DNA of 32,000 nt from contig NC_010482.1 of the NCBI RefSeq assembly GCF_000019605.1, forward strand, positions 900,001 to 932,000, in the 5' to 3' direction. This stretch comes from Candidatus Korarchaeum cryptofilum OPF8. Its GTDB lineage: Archaea > Korarchaeota > Korarchaeia > Korarchaeales > Korarchaeaceae. A program made the translations under genes and the position numbers. Below the pieces are notes generated by a model. It saw only the letters and a program-made list of their open reading frames with translations. It searched no databases and was not told the DNA's origin. This document shows, piece by piece, positions 6,264-13,643 of the stretch; position 1 is the first letter of the stretch; each line of letters starts with the position of its first letter.

Positions 6264-7172
6264 ATGGCTTCGGATGAGGATTCCAGCAGGATTGAACTGA
6301 GCGTTAATAAGGCACCACCGCTCTACCCTGTGAAGCTTAGCCTCGAGATGAGGCAGGAACTTGTCGTTAGATCGCTTAAAGTGAGCAATTATATAAGCAT
6401 AGCTAAGGAGACAGGCATCCCCTTAGCTAAGGTAATGAAGATAATGTCGACGCCCAGCTCACCTATGCCCCTCGCCCTAGTTTTGAAACTAGCTGAACTC
6501 GCTAGAATAGATCTATGGGACGTCCTCCGATCTATCGAGGGCATGGGCATAAGGAAGTTCCTTAAGCCCAATTTCGATGTTGAAGCCGCGGCTTCCTTCA
6601 TAGGTTATGCCGTCTCGAGCAGCTCGAAGTTCAAGGTGGGAAGGGGAAATGTAACCGTATCCCTGAGGTACGATGATGATTTCCAGCTCTCACACATCAT
6701 AGATCTATCTAAGAGGATCCTGAACATAGAGGCGTCGGATATCTCCATCAATAGGAGGGAGAGGAAGGTCTATCTATTATCTCAGTTCGGCGTTATATTG
6801 CTCCTCTTTGGAGCTCCGACGAAGAGAGAGTTTTACGATGGCTGGGAGATCCCATGTTGGCTTGAGAGGTACCCATCCCATTTCCTGAAGACTTTCCAGA
6901 GCGGAAGGTTATTCAGGAGCGTGCCCTCTAGGGGATGCGCTAGGTTCTACTTCAAGACGTTCAACATGGAGGGGATGCTCAAGTTCATAGAGAGGCTCAG
7001 AGGCTTATACGCGAGGGTAGGGGTTAATATGGAGGAGAGGCCCAGGCTACTCTCAGATAACATAATATACATCGAGATATGCAGGAGAGCAGTCCTCGAG
7101 GCTCTGCTTTACTCGATAGGCTTCACGTCTCAAAGAAAAATAAGGGAGATTTCCCAGCTCCTGGGGAGATAG
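6264..7172 (+). CDS. Hypothetical protein with an N-terminal helix-turn-helix and a possible degenerate LAGLIDADG-like domain
   Basis: 302-aa ORF. A TATA-like atatttttatc lies about 27 nt upstream of the ATG, suggesting a leaderless transcript. The HTH-like segment is VSNYISIAKETGIPLAKVMKIM. AASFIGYAVSSSSKF resembles a LAGLIDADG helix but lacks the acidic residues. Confidence 0.6.
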   Translation: MASDEDSSRIELSVNKAPPLYPVKLSLEMRQELVVRSLKVSNYISIAKETGIPLAKVMKIMSTPSSPMPLALVLKLAELARIDLWDVLRSIEGMGIRKFLKPNFDVEAAASFIGYAVSSSSKFKVGRGNVTVSLRYDDDFQLSHIIDLSKRILNIEASDISINRRERKVYLLSQFGVILLLFGAPTKREFYDGWEIPCWLERYPSHFLKTFQSGRLFRSVPSRGCARFYFKTFNMEGMLKFIERLRGLYARVGVNMEERPRLLSDNIIYIEICRRAVLEALLYSIGFTSQRKIREISQLLGR

Positions 7173-7451
7173 TCACTTGATCTTATTCATTATTGATTGC
7201 TTAATCCCCTCTAAGTCCTGAACCAAGGCCTTTCTATCGTCTGGATCCAGCTCCTCTAGGCTTCCATAGTTCTGCTTGAGGTAATCTATCCAGGAGTTGG
7301 GTATCTCCTTGTCCTCCTCCTCAAGCATCTCATTCAGCCTCTGGAGCTCCCTTATCAGATCCGCTACTTTGGGCTTGGAGTAGATGAGCTTATCCTCAAC
7401 GGACTGAATGAACTCGCCGAGCTTGAAGGATAATCTGGGGTCTGAGTACAT
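7173..7451 (-). CDS. Small acidic helical hypothetical protein (92 aa)
   Basis: ORF lies 4 nt downstream of the 7456-8787 gene on the same strand. Its stop abuts the stop of the convergent 6264-7172 gene with no spacer. Confidence 0.6.
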   Translation of the reverse strand: MYSDPRLSFKLGEFIQSVEDKLIYSKPKVADLIRELQRLNEMLEEEDKEIPNSWIDYLKQNYGSLEELDPDDRKALVQDLEGIKQSIMNKIK

Positions 7452-7455
7452 CCTC

Positions 7456-8787
7456 TCACCCTGTTGGGGGCTTTATCACTATGCTAACCTCCTCCTTCTC
7501 CTTCCTCCTCTTGTATATCAGGAAGCCAGCTACAGCTATTACTACTATAACCACGGCTATCACAGCTATCATTATGTTCCTCTGCTTCTCTTCCTCCATC
7601 CTCTTGATCATCTCCTTCTGTTCAGTTACGTAAGACTTCGCCTCATTGCTCAGATTCTCTATGCTATTTAAGATGGAGTTGGCCGTCTGATTAGCCCCTG
7701 AAAGGTCTCCAGCTGACCACTTCTCATATACCGCTCTCTTCTCCGAGTTGAGCCTCGAGACCTCATTATAGAACTTATCCAAGGATATGTTGGGCTCGCT
7801 CTTCCTCGTCTCCTCGAGATATGATGCGAATTGAGATAACTTCGTCTCAACAACCACTAGCTTTGAAACGAAGCTCATGTAGTCGTTTATCTTCCTCTCA
7901 ATCGCTTCGAGCTGGCTTAAGGCTTCCTCACTAGCTCCCCTATCTATCATAGCCTTCACGCTCTCAAGGCTCTTGTTGATGCCACTCGCGACATTCAAGA
8001 GCGTTGATGAATCTCCTCCCACCCTATCTAAATCGCCTTTCATGTTCACGAAGCTGGAGAGCTTAGATCTGACTTCCTCATATTTCCTCTTCGCTAAGGA
8101 GGGAGATGAGAGCCAGGAGAAGAGTTCTTTAGTGAATAACTTGTTATCCTTCTGAGAGAGAAGAGCCCCGCTGAAGAAATCTACTGAGGATACGACTACC
8201 CTTCCCATCCCGTAGTTCTGTCCCACCATCAAGACTAGGTTACTCTGACGCGGGTCCGTCTCAGTGAACCTCCCATTCTTATCCCTATCTATCCATACTT
8301 CCTTACTGATCAGGAACCTCGGCAAGTTAGCTGAGAGGCTCAATGAACTCCCTTTGACTATCACTTCTCTTGAGTACTTGAAGTAAGTCGAGTTAACGGT
8401 GGCCTCGAATGGGTCGCAACCGCCTATGACCTTTATCGTGCACAGAGGATCGTCGGTAGACATAGCATTGAATACTGCGCTCACGGCGTTCCTGACTATT
8501 AGTAGGGAGTGACCAGCTCTCACATAAGAGTCCAGCTGGCTGATCTCACCCTCGCTCAATGGAGCAGTTTGGTTCACGATCACCAATATATCTATATCCT
8601 CGGATACGGTATCAACATCCTTAACTATGTAGCCCTCGCTCTCAAGTAGCTTCTTTAGCTCCGGGAACTTTGCAGAGGAAAGTCCGTGCTTCTTATCGAA
8701 TCCCACTGTAATGCTTCCTTGAGACTCGGCCATTACAGGTGCAAGTAGTATTAGAAGCGCTAATAGGACTACAATTCTTTCTCTCAT
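7456..8787 (-). CDS. Secreted, C-terminally membrane-anchored protein: signal peptide, alpha/beta domain (DUF4350/GldG-like by eye), long coiled coil, TM anchor
   Basis: ATG at 8787 is preceded by GGTGGAGGTGATC, a near-perfect anti-16S SD. The track ORF extends to 8886 without support. N-terminus MRERIVVLLALLILLAPVMAES is a signal peptide. C-terminus IMIAVIAVVIVVIAVAGFLIYKRRKEKE is a TM anchor followed by basic residues. Confidence 0.75.
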   Translation of the reverse strand: MRERIVVLLALLILLAPVMAESQGSITVGFDKKHGLSSAKFPELKKLLESEGYIVKDVDTVSEDIDILVIVNQTAPLSEGEISQLDSYVRAGHSLLIVRNAVSAVFNAMSTDDPLCTIKVIGGCDPFEATVNSTYFKYSREVIVKGSSLSLSANLPRFLISKEVWIDRDKNGRFTETDPRQSNLVLMVGQNYGMGRVVVSSVDFFSGALLSQKDNKLFTKELFSWLSSPSLAKRKYEEVRSKLSSFVNMKGDLDRVGGDSSTLLNVASGINKSLESVKAMIDRGASEEALSQLEAIERKINDYMSFVSKLVVVETKLSQFASYLEETRKSEPNISLDKFYNEVSRLNSEKRAVYEKWSAGDLSGANQTANSILNSIENLSNEAKSYVTEQKEMIKRMEEEKQRNIMIAVIAVVIVVIAVAGFLIYKRRKEKEEVSIVIKPPTG

Positions 8788-9226
8788 GATTAAGATCACC
8801 TCCACCCCGCGCACGGGTGGACATTTAGTTGCCCTAGTGAGGAATAATAAAAATGTTGATGGAGCTTCGTATACTCCCTCATTCAACTCAGTCCTGAGTC
8901 AAAGCTCTTATCATTATTGTAGCACATACCTTCGGATGGAGAGTATTCATCTTTGAAGGAGCTCATAAAGGGAGAGAGCCTCTAAATGGTTGAGGATGTC
9001 AAGATGAGGTTTCAAGATGAACAGCGAGGATCTGAAGATCTACTAAAGGCTGTATAAATGGCTTAAATAGAGCCCTTTGCATAAGGTTCCCTCCCGGACA
9101 ATTTTCTATTAGCTTAATGCGAACTAATTCTTTCATTCGGAGTTGAAAAATAGGTAGGACCTTCCGATTACCCCTCTATTATAATTCGATAGGTCCCTTT
9201 TTCTTGCAATCATTCCCATTAGAATC

Positions 9227-9457
9227 ATGCCAATGTATGAGTACATCCTATCCTGTGGAGAGATAGTGAACCTGAATGGGAAGCTGAGGAAGTCCTATAG
9301 TGGGGTGGAGGAGGAATACACTGTGGAGATAAAGGACTACGTTTGGCCTACCTGGGTTAGGGAGCCCAGGGGAGCGATAAAGTGGGAAGGGTATGAGGTC
9401 ACGATGAGGAGGGACTACTTGAGGAAGAGGATAGAAGTTAAAATGAAAAAATCATAA
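9227..9457 (+). CDS. Hypothetical small protein (76 aa)
   Basis: Only ORF in this interval. A TATA-like tattataatt lies about 40 nt upstream. No recognisable motif. Confidence 0.45.
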   Translation: MPMYEYILSCGEIVNLNGKLRKSYSGVEEEYTVEIKDYVWPTWVREPRGAIKWEGYEVTMRRDYLRKRIEVKMKKS

Positions 9458-9461
9458 TTTT

Positions 9462-10067
9462 TTAAGCTTTGACCTTAGCCTCGGCATATGATTGAATGGA
9501 TCTGCTCATTATGTCAGCTCTCACGGTCTTAAGGAAGTGAATGAATGCTTCTTGAACGCCATCCCCTCGTAAAGCTGAGATGGGGATAACTTCCGCTTCC
9601 ATCCCCAGGAGGCCCTTTATCACATCCGGGGGCTTAGCATCCGGGAGATCCTGTTTATTTGCCAGGACCAGGAATGGGAATCCCGGGGGGAGGACTTCTC
9701 TAGCTTCCTGATACTGGCCGAGAGCGTAGACCAGTTGAACGGGTTGAGTACTATCTACTATCATTATTACGCCATCCTTACCTTTCACCAGCGCCTTCCT
9801 GACGTAAGAGAACGCGATCTGCCCCGGAGTTCCCGTAAGCGTGACCTTCCATATCTCATTGAAGGGATCTAAATTCTCTATACTCTCCTTAGGGTAAAGC
9901 TCGTTCTTCGTAGCATCCCAGAAGATTATTCCGTAATCGAAACCAACGGTTGTGGATAGAGTACCTTTCTCATAATCCATCCTCACAGCAGAAGGATCCA
10001 GCTTCCTTATGAAAGTGCTCTTTCCCGCTTGATGAGGACCTATTATAGCTAGGGAGATCTTCCTCAT
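9462..10067 (-). CDS. MglA-type small Ras-superfamily GTPase
   Basis: G1 is GPHQAGKST and the switch-I Thr sits in STTVGFDYG. G3 is TGTPGQ, with Thr replacing the DxxGQ Asp as in the MglA family. G4 is NKQD and G5 is ISALRG. A 4-nt ATGA overlap joins it to the upstream 528-aa gene. Confidence 0.85.
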   Translation of the reverse strand: MRKISLAIIGPHQAGKSTFIRKLDPSAVRMDYEKGTLSTTVGFDYGIIFWDATKNELYPKESIENLDPFNEIWKVTLTGTPGQIAFSYVRKALVKGKDGVIMIVDSTQPVQLVYALGQYQEAREVLPPGFPFLVLANKQDLPDAKPPDVIKGLLGMEAEVIPISALRGDGVQEAFIHFLKTVRADIMSRSIQSYAEAKVKA

Positions 10068-11650
10068 CCCTTAGCACCTAGCTGCATCTTTACCTCATTC
10101 ACCCTAGATTTGAGCTGGGATATCAGCTCCCTGTACTCAGAGATCCTTCCCATCATGAATAAGGACTTCGCCCTCTCGAAGTCCTCTCTGATCCTCTTTA
10201 TGCCCATATCATCCAAATTTGGGAGCATTACTCCTAAATCAGATACCATATCCTCTATTACCTCTATTTCCATCTCCAATTTCCTCATGTCCTCAGGGAT
10301 TATCCTCATGGCTACCTTATCCTCGTTAACGACCACTATCCCCTCATCAGCTAGGTTCCTGAGGACCCAAGGCCTCCAGCTCCCGGGAATGAACTTCAAG
10401 TCTTGGAGAGATATTTCCCCTCTCTCCCTGAGAAGTGATATTATTTTTTCCCTCCATTTCGGATATAGCTCCAATATTTCACTCATTACCCCAGTATAGC
10501 CGACCGTCTCGGGCATCCCGTAAGAGAGCCTTGAGGCTCTGAGGCAGTTGTTGAGGCTATCCAAGAAAGACTCCGTTGAATCTAATGAGATCTTGCTTAG
10601 ATCTAGCTTTGCATCCTTAGGGATATACTCCAGCTCATCTATGACGCTCTTAATTAGCGAACTTATCCTGTTTAACCTTTCAACCTCCCTCCTCAGGGAT
10701 TCTATATGTATTCTAGATCTTATGAGGAGGGGTATCTTGGGGAAATCCAACCCTATATAGGGAATTATCTCCTTGAACCTTCTGAGCTCCGCTATCCCCT
10801 CCATCCTCTCTAAGAGATCTCCCTTCATCTCCTCAATACTAGCCTTCAGATCTATCAACTTTTGGGAAATTTGAATCAGCTTCTTGGAATCATTCTCAAC
10901 TTCTGCAAGCCTGGAGGTGATATTCTTCAAATATTTCTGCAGGATCCCTTCCTCGACCTCTTGAAGCCTCTCAATAAATCTCTCTCGCAATTCTAAATAA
11001 TGTGAGAGTCTTTCATATCTCACTCCCATCAGATCTAGCTCTTCTTCAATTGATCTCAATTTTTCGAATGCTTCGTTTAGAGATGATATAGCTTCCTCCT
11101 TTATCTTCCTCTGCTCCTCTTTAGGCTCAACTTTCTGCTCCTGGACTTCTTTATGAATCTCGGATTTCTTTAAGATCCTCAAGAAGCTCAGAGCTGCTGG
11201 TATCTCCTCATAACTCCTCAGTTCCTCTATATCTAGCCCCTTTTCACGTATATATGCATTTACTTTGGTGACGAGCTCCCTCTCCAGAGAGTTAACTTCC
11301 TCGAGCGTGACCTCCAGGATCCTCCTTACTTCCTTAATCTTCCCCTTATCCCTGAGGAAGGGCCTCATATAAGCCGGATCCCCTATTAGGCTTGTCACTA
11401 TCCCCTTCACGGACTGGAATAGCAGATTTGCTCTGTTCGATATATCCTCCCCGCTCCCTATTTCCTTTTCGACCTCCGGAGAGATTTCTCCCAGCTTCTT
11501 CACCTTCTCCAGTATTTTCTCGAGTAGGGGAAATAGTTCATCCTTCTTCATCAAGCTCTCAAGCTTATCTATCTTATCTAAGCCGTATCCAGCCTCCAGC
11601 AGAGAGGCCCTCAGCGCCTCCCATGGGTTCTCCGATTCCATACAATCCAT
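10064..11650 (-). CDS. Large coiled-coil protein (528 aa) with a C-terminal winged-helix-like module; function unknown
   Basis: Long heptad-rich E/K/L/I/R sequence. Near the C-terminus, ISLLRERGEISLQDLKFIPGSWRPWVLRNLADEGIVVVNEDKVAM looks like a wHTH. Translationally coupled to the MglA-type GTPase. The alternative start is ATG 11641. Confidence 0.75.
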   Translation of the reverse strand: MDCMESENPWEALRASLLEAGYGLDKIDKLESLMKKDELFPLLEKILEKVKKLGEISPEVEKEIGSGEDISNRANLLFQSVKGIVTSLIGDPAYMRPFLRDKGKIKEVRRILEVTLEEVNSLERELVTKVNAYIREKGLDIEELRSYEEIPAALSFLRILKKSEIHKEVQEQKVEPKEEQRKIKEEAISSLNEAFEKLRSIEEELDLMGVRYERLSHYLELRERFIERLQEVEEGILQKYLKNITSRLAEVENDSKKLIQISQKLIDLKASIEEMKGDLLERMEGIAELRRFKEIIPYIGLDFPKIPLLIRSRIHIESLRREVERLNRISSLIKSVIDELEYIPKDAKLDLSKISLDSTESFLDSLNNCLRASRLSYGMPETVGYTGVMSEILELYPKWREKIISLLRERGEISLQDLKFIPGSWRPWVLRNLADEGIVVVNEDKVAMRIIPEDMRKLEMEIEVIEDMVSDLGVMLPNLDDMGIKRIREDFERAKSLFMMGRISEYRELISQLKSRVNEVKMQLGAKG

Positions 11651-11662
11651 TCAGGCCAAGCA

Positions 11663-11677
11663 AATTTTATAAAAATT
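11663..11677. promoter_or_regulatory. Near-palindromic shared TATA element (AATTTTATAAAAATT) for two divergent, apparently leaderless genes
   Basis: It is the only A/T block in the spacer of 46 nt or less. Its centre lies about 27 nt from ATG 11697 (+) and 20-29 nt from ATG 11650/11641 (-). Confidence 0.5.
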
Positions 11678-11696
11678 GCAGGCCCGTTTCACCTAT

Positions 11697-12452
11697 ATGC
11701 TGGAGGAATTCTTCGAAGGTGAATTTGAAAGGCTTGAAGCCTCTTTATTTGAGATCTCAATGTATGAAGTAATAGAAGATATTGTAAATGAGTATAGATT
11801 CACTGAGAGGCTGCTAAAGGCATCTCTCCAGTTCTTAGATGGAGAAATCCTGACGGAGCTTAACTCAATCAAGAAGGATATATCCATGCTTGTAGATAAG
11901 CTTTCTAAGGAGGAAGTGCTTTACAGCAAAGCAATAGATCCTTCTGTAGTCTCTCCCATTCTGAAGAACAGATATCAGCCTCTAGTTAATGAGATAATGA
12001 AGGGGCTCAAGGAGATCAAAGTGAGATCTTTAAGCGAGTTGGAGATGTACATAAACACTCTGATAGAGGTAGTGAAGTACTGTGAGGATTGCCTCTCCGC
12101 GGTTTTCCTCTCAGGGCAACTTAAGGGCATGATAGGGAAGGTAGAGCTGCTGCCTCCGGAGCTCCTAGCATCAACTATAGAGCTGCTAGTTAAACATATA
12201 CCTCAGGAGGGATCTCCTGAGAGGGTTATCAAGGAGATAGGGAATATGAGAGTCGCTTTAAGGGAATTCTTCACGGATTTGAAGGAGGAAGATAGGGAAA
12301 GGATAAGGTCCGCTCTGGATACTCTGGATAGGGTGAAGTTCCTGGTCGAGAGATTCCCGGGGCTATCGGGGGCTTCAATTAGATATTTAGAGGATCTGAA
12401 GAGGAAGCTATTTGATGAGGTTATGAGCGGACTGAGCAAGGGGTCCCTCTGA
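11697..12452 (+). CDS. All-helical hypothetical protein (about 251 aa), divergent partner of the coiled-coil/GTPase operon
   Basis: The track ORF starts at TTG 11676, inside the TATA element. The first ATG (11697) sits at leaderless distance. No recognisable motif. Confidence 0.65.
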   Translation: MLEEFFEGEFERLEASLFEISMYEVIEDIVNEYRFTERLLKASLQFLDGEILTELNSIKKDISMLVDKLSKEEVLYSKAIDPSVVSPILKNRYQPLVNEIMKGLKEIKVRSLSELEMYINTLIEVVKYCEDCLSAVFLSGQLKGMIGKVELLPPELLASTIELLVKHIPQEGSPERVIKEIGNMRVALREFFTDLKEEDRERIRSALDTLDRVKFLVERFPGLSGASIRYLEDLKRKLFDEVMSGLSKGSL

Positions 12453-12480
12453 TCGATCCCTATCGAGCGAGACTTAAAGT

Positions 12481-13014
12481 CTAGGGGAGCTTCAGAGTCA
12501 CGCCAGTTATTTCCAACTCGCTACCTCCTGGTGTCGCGACAAGCATGGGTTCCGGAGGTATGAGCAGCTCTTTCCCATCCTTCGAGCGAAGTACGGCATG
12601 AGTTGGTGTTATGAGGAGATATACTCTGGGTTCCTGATTGTAGAGAGTCCTTATCCTAGCCCCCCTTCCCAGCTCTTGGAAGCTGTAGGTCACACCTCTA
12701 ACCCTGAGCATCCCCGGAAGTTCAGATACCGTCTCCGGAATTTTGTAAATAGTGCTACCGAATTTGACCTCGCATGGTTTATGTATGACCAACATTCTCG
12801 TCTTTCCCGTTTGGATGCCTAGATCCAATACATCGGAGCCGCAGAACTCGATACGACCCCTTGGCGGCATCAACATCTCAAATTCTATAAGAGTTACGCA
12901 CTTTTCTCCGCATCCAATATTAAAAATATTAGCTCTTAACCCGCCTAGGCTAATAACCTTTCCTCTTTCATCCCAAGAGAAGCTCACTCTCTCTATGAAG
13001 GATATCCCGCTCAT
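12481..13014 (-). CDS. All-beta hypothetical protein (177 aa)
   Basis: Clean ORF convergent with 11697-12452. An A/T-rich region lies upstream. No recognisable motif. Confidence 0.55.
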   Translation of the reverse strand: MSGISFIERVSFSWDERGKVISLGGLRANIFNIGCGEKCVTLIEFEMLMPPRGRIEFCGSDVLDLGIQTGKTRMLVIHKPCEVKFGSTIYKIPETVSELPGMLRVRGVTYSFQELGRGARIRTLYNQEPRVYLLITPTHAVLRSKDGKELLIPPEPMLVATPGGSELEITGVTLKLP

Positions 13015-13205
13015 GGGCCTCCCTAATAGACGCGATCTTCATTAAAAAGCTCTCAAGCATATCTGAATATGAATTACATATCTTCAGTCATTTTTCCTTT
13101 AAACCACAATTTGTTAAAAGTATAACTAAGAATAGAGAAAATATATTGGTAATTTATGGTAATGCCTGATTTTCAATAATTGTTACCCCATATGCCTCCC
13201 GAAAC

Positions 13206-13217
13206 AGCTTTAAAGCT
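13206..13217 (+). promoter_or_regulatory. Palindromic AGCTTTAAAGCT centred on a TTTAAA TATA-variant; likely promoter of the Roadblock gene
   Basis: Perfect 12-nt palindrome. Its centre is 26 nt upstream of ATG 13238, which is leaderless spacing. Confidence 0.4.
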
Positions 13218-13237
13218 TCCCTTCGGACCTGAGGACG

Positions 13238-13600
13238 ATGGAACCGTCGGGGGAGTTCGAGTCACTCATAAATGATGTAAAGAATTCGCTAGGAGATTCC
13301 CTTATATCAATGAAGATATTTACATCGGACGGCATAATCTTATATTCCGATTCCAAGCAATCACCGGGAGAGGATTTTCTTGTCGCCTCATTCTCAGCCA
13401 TGGCGGAGATCTCCAAGAGTATCTCAGCTCACCTCAGCCTCAAGGAGCCGAGCATCCTCCTCCTAGAGGAGGGGCATTTCATATTGATTAGGAGGGTGAT
13501 CAGGGACGTTATATTGATGGTGAACGTTAAAGGATCCTATGAAGATCATTTAGAAGCGATAGCTGGGATCCTGCGTAGATTGAGCGAATTCTTCCATTGA
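13238..13600 (+). CDS. Roadblock/LC7 (MglB-like) domain protein
   Basis: 120 aa. The predicted order alpha-beta-beta-alpha-beta-beta fits FESLINDVKNSLGDSLISMKIFTSDGIILYSD...EDFLVASFSAMAEISKSI...ILLLEEGHFILIRRV...ILMVNV, which is the typical Robl/LC7 pattern. Confidence 0.75.
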   Translation: MEPSGEFESLINDVKNSLGDSLISMKIFTSDGIILYSDSKQSPGEDFLVASFSAMAEISKSISAHLSLKEPSILLLEEGHFILIRRVIRDVILMVNVKGSYEDHLEAIAGILRRLSEFFH

Positions 13601-13610
13601 TTGAGTGAGT

Positions 13611-13624
13611 AAAATTTATATTTT
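13611..13624 (+). promoter_or_regulatory. TATA-like AAAATTTATATTTT upstream of the Arf-like GTPase gene
   Basis: Its centre is about 27 nt upstream of the GTG start at 13644. It could be an internal promoter or simply spacer within a Roadblock-GTPase operon. Confidence 0.35.
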
Positions 13625-13643
13625 GAAGTGAAGCTGAATTCAT

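Noticed and set aside
6264-7172. The LAGLIDADG-like protein as an active homing endonuclease or mobile element
   Set aside because: The acidic catalytic residues are absent from the candidate motif. There is no flanking split host gene, intein junction, intron structure or terminal repeat. It is treated as a possible domesticated DNA-binding protein only.
7170-7175. Zero-spacer and overlapping convergent gene ends (7172/7173, 17553-17559, 28272-28275) as special regulatory structures
   Set aside because: These are consistent with general genome compaction in this window. No associated hairpins or repeats were seen. Only the much longer ppdK/pstB overlap is reported as a finding.
8986-9057. 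Possible C/D-box sRNA or 23-codon micro-ORF in the 340-nt spacer. TCAAGATGA is repeated at 8999-9007 and 9012-9020, and CTGA at 9032-9035 lies 11 nt after the second copy.
   Set aside because: The box C candidates read AAGAUGA rather than RUGAUGA. No D-prime box or terminal stem is visible. The micro-ORF has no SD or conservation evidence. An Infernal or snoscan-type search would be needed, so it is not reported as a feature.
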